The position numbers and the translations under genes are program-made. Of a stretch of DNA of 32,000 bases, positions 1-8,517 are shown piece after piece. The notes below the pieces were generated by a model. The model had not been told where the DNA came from and did not search any database. It was given only the letters and a program-made list of their open reading frames with translations. Numbering within the stretch: the stretch's first letter is position 1; each line of letters begins with the position of its first letter. The stretch is from Candidatus Saccharimonadota bacterium (GTDB lineage: Bacteria > Patescibacteriota > Saccharimonadia > Saccharimonadales > Saccharimonadaceae). Location of the stretch: positions 780,001 through 812,000 of the forward strand of contig CP011211.1 of assembly GCA_001029695.1 (NCBI GenBank). The letters are read 5' to 3'.

Positions 1-417
1 TACCGACTTGGCTCTAAGATTGATACACAGGTAAAGTATGGTCTCAGCGGAGTAGAACAGGAAAGCGGCAGTATCGAAGCGCCACTCGAGAGAGAACGTC
101 GGATTCGCCTGGGGAGAGCCGTCCTTATTTGTTCTGAGCTTATTTTTACGTACGGTGAAGATGAGGCTATTGCGCAAGGTATAGAGACTATATTGACGCC
201 TGCTGCGTGGGGAGTGCAGACTCCGGGATTTGCCGAGTTTAATAAGCCTCGAATTGAAGCGGCGGGAGGAATCGATAACTTTAACAGGAATAATATGGAA
301 AAAGTTGTCAATGGCCATACGTTTCGCGACATACCTAGCCTCAAAAGGGTTATTGTTGCAGATCGAGGGATGTCGGGTAATAAGCCGGTAAACTCAGTAC
401 ATACAAGAGTTGAGTAA
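1..417 (+). CDS. hypothetical protein, 5'-truncated by the window edge
   Basis: Frame 1 is open from base 1 to the TAA at 415-417; the ORF track shows only the part after an internal TTG at 193. No motif recognised. Confidence 0.45.
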   Translation, partial: YRLGSKIDTQVKYGLSGVEQESGSIEAPLERERRIRLGRAVLICSELIFTYGEDEAIAQGIETILTPAAWGVQTPGFAEFNKPRIEAAGGIDNFNRNNMEKVVNGHTFRDIPSLKRVIVADRGMSGNKPVNSVHTRVE

Positions 418-488
418 GGTCTTTCTTCGCTTCAGCATTACTTCAGGTATAATAGAAACATATACATTATAACGGAGGCGCTATCACG

Positions 489-1355
489 ATGGCAGATGAC
501 AATAAAAAAGTAGAGACAAAGACTCCAGAGCCAGCTACGCAGCCGGTCGCACCGACTGCAGGTACGGGAAAATCATCTAAAAAAGGCCTTATCATCGGTA
601 TCGCAGCTGGTGCTGGCGTCCTTCTGCTGATCATTATTGGAGTTGTACTTTTCTTTGCGCTGACAGCAGTAACCAAAGAAGATTACCGAAAGGGGTATGA
701 TGCGACACAAGATACGTATAGCAAACTAAATGCAAGTTACAACGACCTTGCACAGGCGGCATCGGTATCATCAACGACGACCGAGACGCAGATCACTAAC
801 CGATCGGATGATGCAAAAAAGACACTCGAGGCATATAAGTCAGCAACTGCTGAGCTTGCCGACCTAAAAGCGCTTCGTAACGCAGACGTCAAAAAACAAT
901 ACGACACATATAAAAAGCAGAGCGACGACTACATTGCCTACGCAACGGAGTTCATCCCATCTGCAACGGTTGCTTTCAAGGCTGTAGTGGCCTGTGAAAA
1001 AATTGGTTCAACTTCAGTGAGTGATGCCGACGAATTTAACAAGGCAATCGTTCCTTGTGAAGAGGCGCTTGATGGTGCTGACGAAGTAAAAAATAGTGAT
1101 TTCCGTGGATTTGTAGAAGCCTACAAAAAGAACGTCAGCTCAGTCAAGGCAATTGTCGAAAAGTCTCGCTCTATCCCAGCGACAGACTTTACTCAGCGTC
1201 TACAGTTGACTCGAGACCTTCGTGCAACGACCACAGACCTTAATAAGAGTCTCGGTGATACACGTTCAAACATTCAAAAAGCACTTAAAGATAAAAATCC
1301 AAAAGATAGCTTGAGTGAGCTCCGTACACAGCTTCGCGATCTTGCAACTAAGTAA
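489..1355 (+). CDS. membrane-anchored hypothetical protein (single N-terminal TM, helical ectodomain)
   Basis: The ATG is preceded by GGAGG (474-478) and TATAAT (448-453). A Pro/Thr-rich N-terminus is followed by the hydrophobic segment GLIIGIAAGAGVLLLIIIGVVLFFALTAV, then a Lys/Asp/Ala-rich region with two Cys. Confidence 0.7.
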   Translation: MADDNKKVETKTPEPATQPVAPTAGTGKSSKKGLIIGIAAGAGVLLLIIIGVVLFFALTAVTKEDYRKGYDATQDTYSKLNASYNDLAQAASVSSTTTETQITNRSDDAKKTLEAYKSATAELADLKALRNADVKKQYDTYKKQSDDYIAYATEFIPSATVAFKAVVACEKIGSTSVSDADEFNKAIVPCEEALDGADEVKNSDFRGFVEAYKKNVSSVKAIVEKSRSIPATDFTQRLQLTRDLRATTTDLNKSLGDTRSNIQKALKDKNPKDSLSELRTQLRDLATK

Positions 1356-1366
1356 AGATTAGCAAG

Positions 1367-2023
1367 GTGCACTATCAACTCGGCTGCAGAGATTGTAGCC
1401 GAGTTTTTGTATGTCATAATGAAAACATGATACATGCTAAGCAGCAGGCGCTCGACGTGCTAAAACAAAAAATTCTAGAAGACGGGACATGTTTGGAGCT
1501 TGCAGACCAAGCTACGAATCTTGTGATGGGTGATGGAAACCCAGATGCCGATATCGTTTTTATCGGCGAGGCGCCAGGGAAGAGTGAAGATGAGCAGGGA
1601 TTGCCATTTGTGGGCGCGAGTGGGAAGTTTCTCAATGAAATGCTTGCAGAGGCAGGGATGGTGCGGGATGATGTCTATATTACGAATATCGTAAAATACC
1701 GGCCGCCAAACAACCGCGATCCGTTGCCTGAAGAAAAAAAGGAGTTTTGGCCGTACCTTCTCAAGCAACTGCAAGTTATTGAGCCAAAAGTAGTGATTAC
1801 GCTTGGTCGACATAGTATGGAGTATTTCCTGCCAGGTATGAAGATTAGCCAGATTCATGGAGAGCCAAAGCGGATAGCGTTTGGAGATGATCACTTGGTG
1901 ATAGTGCCACTGTATCATCCGGCAGCAGCGCTCTACAATGGTAGTTTAAGACAGACATTGATTGATGATTTTTTGCGAGTTCCAGTGATTATAAAAAATA
2001 GTGCCTATCCAGAAAGAGGGTGA
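1367..2023 (+). CDS. uracil-DNA glycosylase, family 4-like
   Basis: The motifs GEAPGKSEDEQGLPFVGASGKFL and ITNIVKYRPPNNRDP are typical of family 4 (UdgA-type) UDGs. The GTG start at 1367 is doubtful; the in-frame ATG at 1427 (MIHAKQQ) is equally plausible. Confidence 0.85.
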   Translation: MHYQLGCRDCSRVFVCHNENMIHAKQQALDVLKQKILEDGTCLELADQATNLVMGDGNPDADIVFIGEAPGKSEDEQGLPFVGASGKFLNEMLAEAGMVRDDVYITNIVKYRPPNNRDPLPEEKKEFWPYLLKQLQVIEPKVVITLGRHSMEYFLPGMKISQIHGEPKRIAFGDDHLVIVPLYHPAAALYNGSLRQTLIDDFLRVPVIIKNSAYPERG

Positions 2024-2039
2024 CTCTTTCTGGATAGGC
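2003..2039. terminator. perfect 16-bp inverted repeat hairpin between convergent genes
   Basis: GCCTATCCAGAAAGAG (2003-2018) pairs with CTCTTTCTGGATAGGC (2024-2039), and the UDG stop TGA (2021-2023) sits in the 5-nt loop. On the minus strand the hairpin is followed by a T-run (complement of AAAAAATA at 1993-2000), so it most likely terminates the 2067..2615 gene. Confidence 0.6.
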
Positions 2040-2066
2040 GGCTGGTTGAGGGTAGTGGTGTTGATC

Positions 2067-2615
2067 CTATTCTTCTGGTGGCGAGAGTTCTATGCAGAGC
2101 AAATCGCCAAAATTAAAACGTACCTCTCCTTGATCCACCGTGAACGCAATCATGATCCATGCTCCAAGTGCTGTCGATCCGATTGGATCAACTCCTACAA
2201 GGCTGCCTTTGATCCACCCATTCCATTCGTGGAATTGACGGGGTAGACGTAAAGACTTTTCTTCAAGTACTCCGGGTATTGTGTCGGACGGGACTTCTAT
2301 AGTTTCCCATTGTCGTCGGTGTTCTGGTGTACGCCAGCTGATTCGCCAGCCTTCAAGTGCATCGAAGGCTCTGCGCAGTGCAAATACACTAGCAGCTAGC
2401 ATGGGCATCTCGCGACTGATAATCTCCTCTACCTGGACTTCAGTAAGGTCTGGTGTGTCCTCGAAGCATGAACGCGTGATCATGTAGTCGAGCTCTTGGA
2501 TACGAGATCTATTTTGAGTAAACTGTTTGAAAAACTGCTCCCATGCCTCCTCGAGTGTACGCCTGGGGTCTGTTGTGGAAAGGGCTGCTTCACCATTCTC
2601 AAATTTGTTCAGCAT
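2067..2615 (-). CDS. hypothetical protein (acidic, Trp-rich, no TM)
   Basis: This 182-aa ORF is the only long frame here and is convergent with the UDG gene. It contains seven Trp, and no family motif was recognised. Confidence 0.6.
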   Translation of the reverse strand: MLNKFENGEAALSTTDPRRTLEEAWEQFFKQFTQNRSRIQELDYMITRSCFEDTPDLTEVQVEEIISREMPMLAASVFALRRAFDALEGWRISWRTPEHRRQWETIEVPSDTIPGVLEEKSLRLPRQFHEWNGWIKGSLVGVDPIGSTALGAWIMIAFTVDQGEVRFNFGDLLCIELSPPEE

Positions 2616-2659
2616 GGTACATACTATAGTATCTAAGACTATTTATGTCAATATTTATA

Positions 2660-2688
2660 TTGACTCCATCATCCTATTTTGCTATACT
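2660..2688 (+). promoter_or_regulatory. sigma-70-type promoter of the RNase J gene
   Basis: TTGACT (2660-2665), an exact 17-nt spacer ending in TGC (extended -10), then TATACT (2683-2688). It lies about 110 nt upstream of the ATG at 2798. Confidence 0.65.
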
Positions 2689-2797
2689 GGACCTACTTAC
2701 AAAGAGGGCACTCAATTTTATCTACCTGAATCCCTCTCCTCGTATTTTATTTATTTAGCAAAATATTACGTATTTCAAACAAAGGAGAATTACATAT

Positions 2798-4981
2798 ATG
2801 GGTCAACGAAGACTCTCTAATGCAGCACCGGACGATCAGACAAAACGACCACAAGGTCAGCAGCGTCCAAAATCAAACAACACCGTACTTAACAACACGA
2901 GCACTCGCAAGGGTGAAGTGTTTCGCGCGCAGCGCCGTACAAGCGAGAATGTTAATCTTCGTGCATCACAGCATGTTATCAACATTCCGGTAAACAAATC
3001 ACTATATAACGGCTACAAAGGTCGTCAGTTTAGTGTGGCTGATCAAAAGAAAATGCCACGTACGAACGCTCCAAAGCTAAAGATCATGCCAGTTGGCGGT
3101 CTTGGTGAGATGGGTATTGGTAAAAACATGATGGCGATCGAGTATGATAACGACATTATCATCATCGATTGTGGGTTCCTGTTCCCAGGTGCCGACTATC
3201 CAGGCATCAACTACATCACACCTGATATTAGCTATCTTGAAGAAAACAAGCACAAGATTCGTGCTCAAGTATTTACACACGGACACCTTGATCATATCGG
3301 TGCATTCCGTCATATCGCACACCGTCTTCCTGCGCCAGTATATGGGAGTAAGTTTACTCTCGGTATGGTGCAGCGCACGATGGAAGAAGCAACGAGCGGC
3401 TTTGAGCCTGTCTATCACGAAATGGACCCAGAGTCTCATGAACGTGTACAGATCGGTGATAATTTCAGTATCGAACTCGTACGAGTAAACCACTCGATCC
3501 CAGATGCAACTGCGGTTGTTGTTCGTACGCCACTTGGTGTACTTATCGATACTGGCGACTGGCGCTTTGAGGACAATCCAGTTGACGGTAAGAAGTTTGA
3601 CCTTGAACGTTTGACGGAAATCGCTACAACTGAAGGCATTTTGATGCTCATGAATGAGTCAACGAACTGTGAATCAGACGGTACGCATACGCATGGTGAA
3701 TTTGATATTCAGCAAAGTATGGGTCAGGTGATGGAAAAGCATCTTAACAGTCGCTTGATCATCAGCTGTTTCAGTAGCCAGATTCACCGTATGCAAGTGA
3801 TCTTGGAGGAAGCAAAGAAACACGACCGTAAGGTTGCGTTTGCTGGTTATAGCATGATCCAGAACCTCGAAGTTGCACTTCGTGCAGGCACGATCAAAAT
3901 TCCAAAAGACGTTGTCGTCAAAATGGAAGACGTCGTAAAACTCCCTGACGGTAAGGTGACAATTGTTTGTACTGGCTCACAGGGTGAGTTCAACGCTGTT
4001 CTTAACCGTATGGCGAGCGGTGCGCATAAATTTATCAAGATTAAAAACAGCGATGTTGTTGTGTTTAGCTCAAACCCAATTCCAGGCAACGAAAAATACG
4101 TGACACGTACAGTGGATGGCTTGATGCGTGAAGGTAGTGGTGTTATCCAAAACGGTAAAACACACCTTACGGGCATCGGTCCGCTACACCTTTCGGGACA
4201 CGGCTACTATGACGATCACGTAAAACTTATCAATGCGTTAAATCCAAAGTACTACCTCCCAATTCACGGTGAATTCCATATGCTCGTTCACAATGCTGAG
4301 CTTGCAGAAAAAGAAGCGGCAATTCCACGTGACAACATCTTTGTTTGTGACAGTGGTGATGTGATTGAAATCGACGTCGATGGTGCACGCAAGGCAGGCC
4401 GAATTCCTGTTGGCGGTATCATGTACGACGATAGTGGTGCGATTGTATCAGAAGTTGTCTTGAAGGACCGAATCCATATGGCGACAGAAGGTATGTTTGT
4501 AGTAGTGCTCACAGTTGCGCGCGGTAGCGGTCGATTGATGACAAGCCCAGATATTATCTCTCGTGGCTTCATCTACCTCCGTGACAGCGAAGAGTTGATG
4601 GGAACAATCCGACAGTATTTGAAGCAAAAGGTTGCTCGCAGCTTTGCAAGCAAGCGCTACGATCTTGATCAGATCAAGAAAGAGCTCAAGGATGAGATTA
4701 CGCATATTTTGTATGACCAGACGCGTCGTACTCCTATCGTCATCCCAGTGATTAACGAAATCGGTGGCGGTGGTCAAAACCGCGATAATCGTGATCGTGA
4801 GCCACGAGCAAATGGCGAAGGACAGAATCGCCAAAATACTGGCCCTGTACGTCGAAATGGCAGTAATAGCGGTGGCGAGCGTGATTTTGTTCGCCCAGCG
4901 CCAAAGACATTCCCAGCTAAGCAAGTTCCTGATACCGAGGCAACCGAACCTCGCAATCGGACTGATACGCCAGCGTATTAG
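2798..4981 (+). CDS. rnj: ribonuclease J (metallo-beta-lactamase/beta-CASP) with N- and C-terminal low-complexity extensions
   Basis: AAGGAG (2782-2787) precedes the ATG. The metallo-beta-lactamase motif THGHLDHIG is present, and the core is collinear with RNase J. About 90 aa of basic N-terminal tail and about 75 aa of Arg/Asn/Gly-rich C-terminal tail are added. Confidence 0.92.
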   Translation: MGQRRLSNAAPDDQTKRPQGQQRPKSNNTVLNNTSTRKGEVFRAQRRTSENVNLRASQHVINIPVNKSLYNGYKGRQFSVADQKKMPRTNAPKLKIMPVGGLGEMGIGKNMMAIEYDNDIIIIDCGFLFPGADYPGINYITPDISYLEENKHKIRAQVFTHGHLDHIGAFRHIAHRLPAPVYGSKFTLGMVQRTMEEATSGFEPVYHEMDPESHERVQIGDNFSIELVRVNHSIPDATAVVVRTPLGVLIDTGDWRFEDNPVDGKKFDLERLTEIATTEGILMLMNESTNCESDGTHTHGEFDIQQSMGQVMEKHLNSRLIISCFSSQIHRMQVILEEAKKHDRKVAFAGYSMIQNLEVALRAGTIKIPKDVVVKMEDVVKLPDGKVTIVCTGSQGEFNAVLNRMASGAHKFIKIKNSDVVVFSSNPIPGNEKYVTRTVDGLMREGSGVIQNGKTHLTGIGPLHLSGHGYYDDHVKLINALNPKYYLPIHGEFHMLVHNAELAEKEAAIPRDNIFVCDSGDVIEIDVDGARKAGRIPVGGIMYDDSGAIVSEVVLKDRIHMATEGMFVVVLTVARGSGRLMTSPDIISRGFIYLRDSEELMGTIRQYLKQKVARSFASKRYDLDQIKKELKDEITHILYDQTRRTPIVIPVINEIGGGGQNRDNRDREPRANGEGQNRQNTGPVRRNGSNSGGERDFVRPAPKTFPAKQVPDTEATEPRNRTDTPAY

Positions 4982-4992
4982 ATAGTAAAAAT

Positions 4993-5030
4993 AAAAGAGA
5001 CCCAGGCTGCATAGCCGGGGTCTCTTTTAT
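4993..5030. terminator. bidirectional rho-independent terminator
   Basis: AGAGACCC (4996-5003) pairs with GGGTCTCT (5018-5025), with inner GGCT/AGCC pairing. The hairpin is flanked by an A-run upstream and TTTTATTT downstream, between convergent genes. Confidence 0.8.
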
Positions 5031-5040
5031 TTAGAGCTAG

Positions 5041-5490
5041 CTATGCAGCCGAGGGTCGTGATTTTTTGATGAATTCCTCTCCTTCTCTCATAGTAAGCTC
5101 ACGTATGACTTTGATGTTCATCTGTAGTGCATAAGACGGAATCATAAGAAGATCTTCTGTGCGCAGTTGATCTTGACGAATGCCGCAATATGCACGTACG
5201 TGTCTTGGTGCATTTCTCGGTTTCTCGAGCCGAGCAAGAACTACGAATCCCGGCGAGGGAGAGGGGTTCTTGAGCGTTTTCATTGCACCTATGCGCAGAT
5301 CTCGAGTAAGCCGAGATCCGAGCCGCGGCTCAACTTCCCAGTAGCCTTTGATGAGAGCCGTCCTTTTTAGTAGCAACGTGAAGCCTAATTCGTACTCGAT
5401 ACATAGCATATCGCAATGATGAGGACGTAGTGACAGAGAGGAGCAGGTGTTTTTAACAGCCTGCAGCACATCAAGGTACATTACCCTCAA
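5041..5490 (-). CDS. hypothetical protein (basic, Arg-rich)
   Basis: This 149-aa ORF is a lone minus-strand gene between rnj and ftsK. No motif was recognised, and the start could be the second Met (MYLDV). Confidence 0.5.
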   Translation of the reverse strand: MRVMYLDVLQAVKNTCSSLSLRPHHCDMLCIEYELGFTLLLKRTALIKGYWEVEPRLGSRLTRDLRIGAMKTLKNPSPSPGFVVLARLEKPRNAPRHVRAYCGIRQDQLRTEDLLMIPSYALQMNIKVIRELTMREGEEFIKKSRPSAA

Positions 5491-5584
5491 CTCCTTTCAT
5501 GGTGATGGAAAGTGGGGTAGTGAGGTAGAGTATACTCCTAACTATGAGCAAATAAAAGCGTTATTTTGTAAAACCATAAGCCAC

Positions 5585-5613
5585 TTGCAAAACGTAGTAA
5601 ATTTTGCTATAAT
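5585..5613 (+). promoter_or_regulatory. sigma-70-type promoter upstream of ftsK
   Basis: TTGCAA (5585-5590), a 17-nt spacer ending in TGC, then TATAAT (5608-5613). A second TATAAT at 5633-5638 lies 11 nt before the ATG, and no clear SD is visible. Confidence 0.55.
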
Positions 5614-5649
5614 ATAAGTATAGGATTCATCATATAATAGAAAACAGTT

Positions 5650-7908
5650 ATGGCAAAAAAGAAAAAAGCTTCTCGAAAAAAAGTCGTTAAAAATTCTCCG
5701 CAACACAGTCTTCCGGCGGGGTTTTGGCGACAAGTGACAGCAGTTGCGCTGATCGCTATCTCTGTACTGCTTGTCGTGGCGTGGTTTGGGGCTGGAGGGC
5801 CAATTTTAGAATGGATTCAAACCAATGCTATGGCTTTGATCGGATACACGGTCTATGTTATTCCTTTTTTGTTTATCTACGTTGCGGTGGAGATTTTTAG
5901 GGCAGAGCAAAATAAACTGCCATTTGTGATGAAATTTGCGACTGCGCTGCTCATTGTGTGGTTTTCTGGTCTATTTGGACTGAACCAACTAGAAGACAAG
6001 ACGACAGCAGGTGGCTGGCTCGGTGATCTCATTAACAGCGCAATGTTTATGGTTGTAAACGGAGTTGTGGCTGGATTTATCTATGTGCTGCTTATTATTG
6101 TCACGATTTTATTTGTTGTTCGCGTTTCACCGATAGTTATTATTCAGAAATTATGGCAGCTGGCTCAGACAGAACAGTTCGATAATGACGACAACGTCAA
6201 GGTGATGCGTAAAGCTGCAGCTGCAGAAGCAGTGGACAATAAGAAGTCAGTGCCGATCGGAGAGATTAAGCTAAACGCTGGTGTGCCAACTCTTAGCGCC
6301 GAAGAAGTTGCAGCTGGCGAGGAGAAAAAGCCTTCAAAGCTTTCGAGCTTGCGTGGAAGCGTCAAACAAGACAAAGCTGCTGAAGATCAGGCGGCTCTTG
6401 TGGCGGTGAATGATCCTAACTGGAAGGCACCAAGCCTTGAACTACTTGAGAAAAAGCAGAGTCCTGCGGATGCTGGCGACGTGCAGCAGAACGCACAGAC
6501 AATTAAAGACACGCTGAGTGAATTTAATATCGAAGTTGAAATGGAAGGTGCGAATATCGGACCAAAGGTGACGCAGTATACGCTTAAGCCGCCGAGTGGT
6601 GTCAAGCTAACACGAATCACTGCACTCGAGACAAATATTGCGCTCAACCTTGCGGCGCAGACGCTTCGCATCGAGGCGCCAATCCCTGGCCAGCGAGCGG
6701 TTGGTATCGAAGTACCGAACCGTAAAGCAGCCGATGTGCGTCTGTATGGTATTTTGAGCGCAAAGCAGTGGAAAAATAATCGTGAACCACTAAGTTTTGC
6801 GATCGGTAAGGATATTTCCGGTGAAGCGGTCGTCGGTGAGCTTAATAAGATGCCACACCTTTTGATCGCTGGTCAAACTGGGTCGGGTAAGTCAGTTATG
6901 ATTAACACGCTACTCACAAGCTTGCTGTATCGAAATAGTCCAAGTGAGATGAAGCTAATCTTGGTAGACCCTAAACAGGTTGAAATGGCGCCATATGAAG
7001 ATATTCCACATCTTTTGACTCCTGTTATTACTGAACCAGAAAAAACGATTAGCGCACTAAAGTGGGCGGTCAATGAAATGGAGCGACGCTACAAGCTACT
7101 TGCCGATGAGAAGCTTCGTGACATTAAGAGCTACAATCAAAAGCTACAGAACGGTAGCAAGAAAATATCCGTCGAAGATGAAGACGGTAATGCTCAGCAA
7201 CATGAGGATGGAGCGATGCCGTATATCGTGATTGTTATCGATGAGCTTGCAGATCTTATGATGGTAGCGGCGCGAGATGTCGAGGCGCTTATTGTGCGAC
7301 TTGCGCAAAAAGCTCGTGCGGTCGGAATTCACTTGGTGCTTGCGACGCAGCGCCCAAGTGTCGATGTTATTACTGGACTGATCAAGGCAAACGTTCCTGC
7401 GCGTATCGCATTTACCGTAGCAAGTCAGATCGATAGCCGTACAATCCTTGATCAGGTTGGAGCTGAGAAACTGCTCGGACAAGGTGACATGTTGATGCTC
7501 ACGCCAAGCATGAGTAAGCCAAAGCGTATCCAGGGCGCCTGGGTGATGGACGAAGAGGTGATTAAGATAACTGATCATCTACGTATGCAGTCTGCGCCAC
7601 AGTACAACAATGAAATTGTTGCTCAACCAGTGCAGCTTAATGGTAAGGGTGGTGTCGTGATGGACTTTGCGACTGATACGAGTGGCGATCAGACGTACCA
7701 AGAGGCACTGAGAATAGTAATCGATAGCGGTAAGGCAAGCGCAAGCCTGCTACAACGACGACTTGGTATCGGTTATGCAAAAGCAGCCCGCTATATCGAT
7801 ACGATGGAAGAGCAAGGTGTTGTTGGCCAGCCAAGTGGTAACAGTAAGCCGCGTGACGTGCTCGTGCGCAGTATGGATGAGCTAGACGGTTCCGCTGAAG
7901 CTCTTTAG
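5650..7908 (+). CDS. ftsK: DNA translocase FtsK/SpoIIIE
   Basis: It has N-terminal TM helices, an acidic/Ala-rich linker, Walker A GQTGSGKS and Walker B IVIVIDELADL. The C-terminal winged-helix gamma domain reads LLQRRLGIGYAKAARYIDTMEEQGVV. Confidence 0.95.
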   Translation: MAKKKKASRKKVVKNSPQHSLPAGFWRQVTAVALIAISVLLVVAWFGAGGPILEWIQTNAMALIGYTVYVIPFLFIYVAVEIFRAEQNKLPFVMKFATALLIVWFSGLFGLNQLEDKTTAGGWLGDLINSAMFMVVNGVVAGFIYVLLIIVTILFVVRVSPIVIIQKLWQLAQTEQFDNDDNVKVMRKAAAAEAVDNKKSVPIGEIKLNAGVPTLSAEEVAAGEEKKPSKLSSLRGSVKQDKAAEDQAALVAVNDPNWKAPSLELLEKKQSPADAGDVQQNAQTIKDTLSEFNIEVEMEGANIGPKVTQYTLKPPSGVKLTRITALETNIALNLAAQTLRIEAPIPGQRAVGIEVPNRKAADVRLYGILSAKQWKNNREPLSFAIGKDISGEAVVGELNKMPHLLIAGQTGSGKSVMINTLLTSLLYRNSPSEMKLILVDPKQVEMAPYEDIPHLLTPVITEPEKTISALKWAVNEMERRYKLLADEKLRDIKSYNQKLQNGSKKISVEDEDGNAQQHEDGAMPYIVIVIDELADLMMVAARDVEALIVRLAQKARAVGIHLVLATQRPSVDVITGLIKANVPARIAFTVASQIDSRTILDQVGAEKLLGQGDMLMLTPSMSKPKRIQGAWVMDEEVIKITDHLRMQSAPQYNNEIVAQPVQLNGKGGVVMDFATDTSGDQTYQEALRIVIDSGKASASLLQRRLGIGYAKAARYIDTMEEQGVVGQPSGNSKPRDVLVRSMDELDGSAEAL

Positions 7909-7933
7909 ATACAACAAGTAAGAGTGATAGTAA

Positions 7934-7968
7934 AATACCCCGCTACCTGAAGATGGTAGCGGGGTATT
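7934..7968. terminator. bidirectional rho-independent terminator
   Basis: AATACCCCGCTACC (7934-7947) pairs with GGTAGCGGGGTATT (7955-7968) around a 7-nt loop. It is flanked by AAA upstream and GTTT downstream, between convergent genes. Confidence 0.8.
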
Positions 7969-7989
7969 GTTTAACGTTGTGTAGTGCTC

Positions 7990-8358
7990 TTATGGATACT
8001 TCATGACGAGCCACATTGACAGCTCAGCGAGACCCTCGAGAGACCACTGCTCCAGGTCTGTCATTTCAGGATCACCGACTGTATAGGTGCGTGGTACAGG
8101 GCCCCATATTGCACGTCGAGTGTAGATTTTTCCAGCCTGCTCGTCAATTGAAACTACGTAAAAGACTTTCGCCTTTGGAGCTTCAACCCGTTCATGCCGC
8201 ATGATATTACCTGATCCGTAATGACCGTAAGTGGTGAAAAGTTCGTTCATGCACTTTTTATCTTCTTGTCGTCGGATGCGTCCACATAGATTAGTGATGA
8301 GGTCCACGAGATGCTCACGCACGTTTGCGAGATTATCGTCAAAAAATTGATCGATCAT
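7990..8358 (-). CDS. hypothetical protein
   Basis: This 122-aa ORF is a lone minus-strand gene transcribed divergently from the orphan pilin gene. No motif was recognised. Confidence 0.5.
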   Translation of the reverse strand: MIDQFFDDNLANVREHLVDLITNLCGRIRRQEDKKCMNELFTTYGHYGSGNIMRHERVEAPKAKVFYVVSIDEQAGKIYTRRAIWGPVPRTYTVGDPEMTDLEQWSLEGLAELSMWLVMKYP

Positions 8359-8481
8359 AGCTCGGTCCTTTCGCCCTTCTTGTCAAACTTCCTTTTGGAG
8401 TCTGATCAAAGATCTTGCTCAACAAAATTACTATCACTATATGTATATTTGCCTGATGTCGCAAGCATAACCATCACTAAC

Positions 8482-8511
8482 TTGTGAAAGCATAAGCATG
8501 TTTGCTATACT
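8482..8511 (+). promoter_or_regulatory. promoter of the orphan pilin gene (extended -10, probably leaderless transcript)
   Basis: TTGTGA (8482-8487), an 18-nt spacer ending in TGC, then TATACT (8506-8511). Only 6 nt (CGCAAC) separate the -10 box from the ATG at 8518, and there is no SD. Confidence 0.55.
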
Positions 8512-8517
8512 CGCAAC

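Noticed and set aside
1414-1918. Minus-strand ORFs of 73 and 147 aa inside the UDG gene
   Set aside because: They lie entirely antisense to a CDS with clear family motifs. They show no SD or motif, so they are typical shadow ORFs.
2001-2820. Plus-strand ORFs 2001..2246, 2281..2487 and 2527..2820
   Set aside because: They overlap the better-supported minus-strand gene 2067..2615, or run through the AT-rich rnj promoter and leader. Their composition is low-complexity, and no start context supports them.
3077-4985. Multiple internal or antisense ORFs within rnj, for example 3077..3493(-), 3847..4176(-), 4448..4924(-) and 4764..4985(+)
   Set aside because: They are fully nested in a CDS with strong RNase J motifs. 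The 4448..4924 and 4764..4985 frames arise from the repetitive Arg/Asn/Gly-coding tail.
6165-7834. Antisense ORFs inside ftsK, for example 7144..7578(-), 144 aa
   Set aside because: These are shadow ORFs opposite a confidently identified gene.
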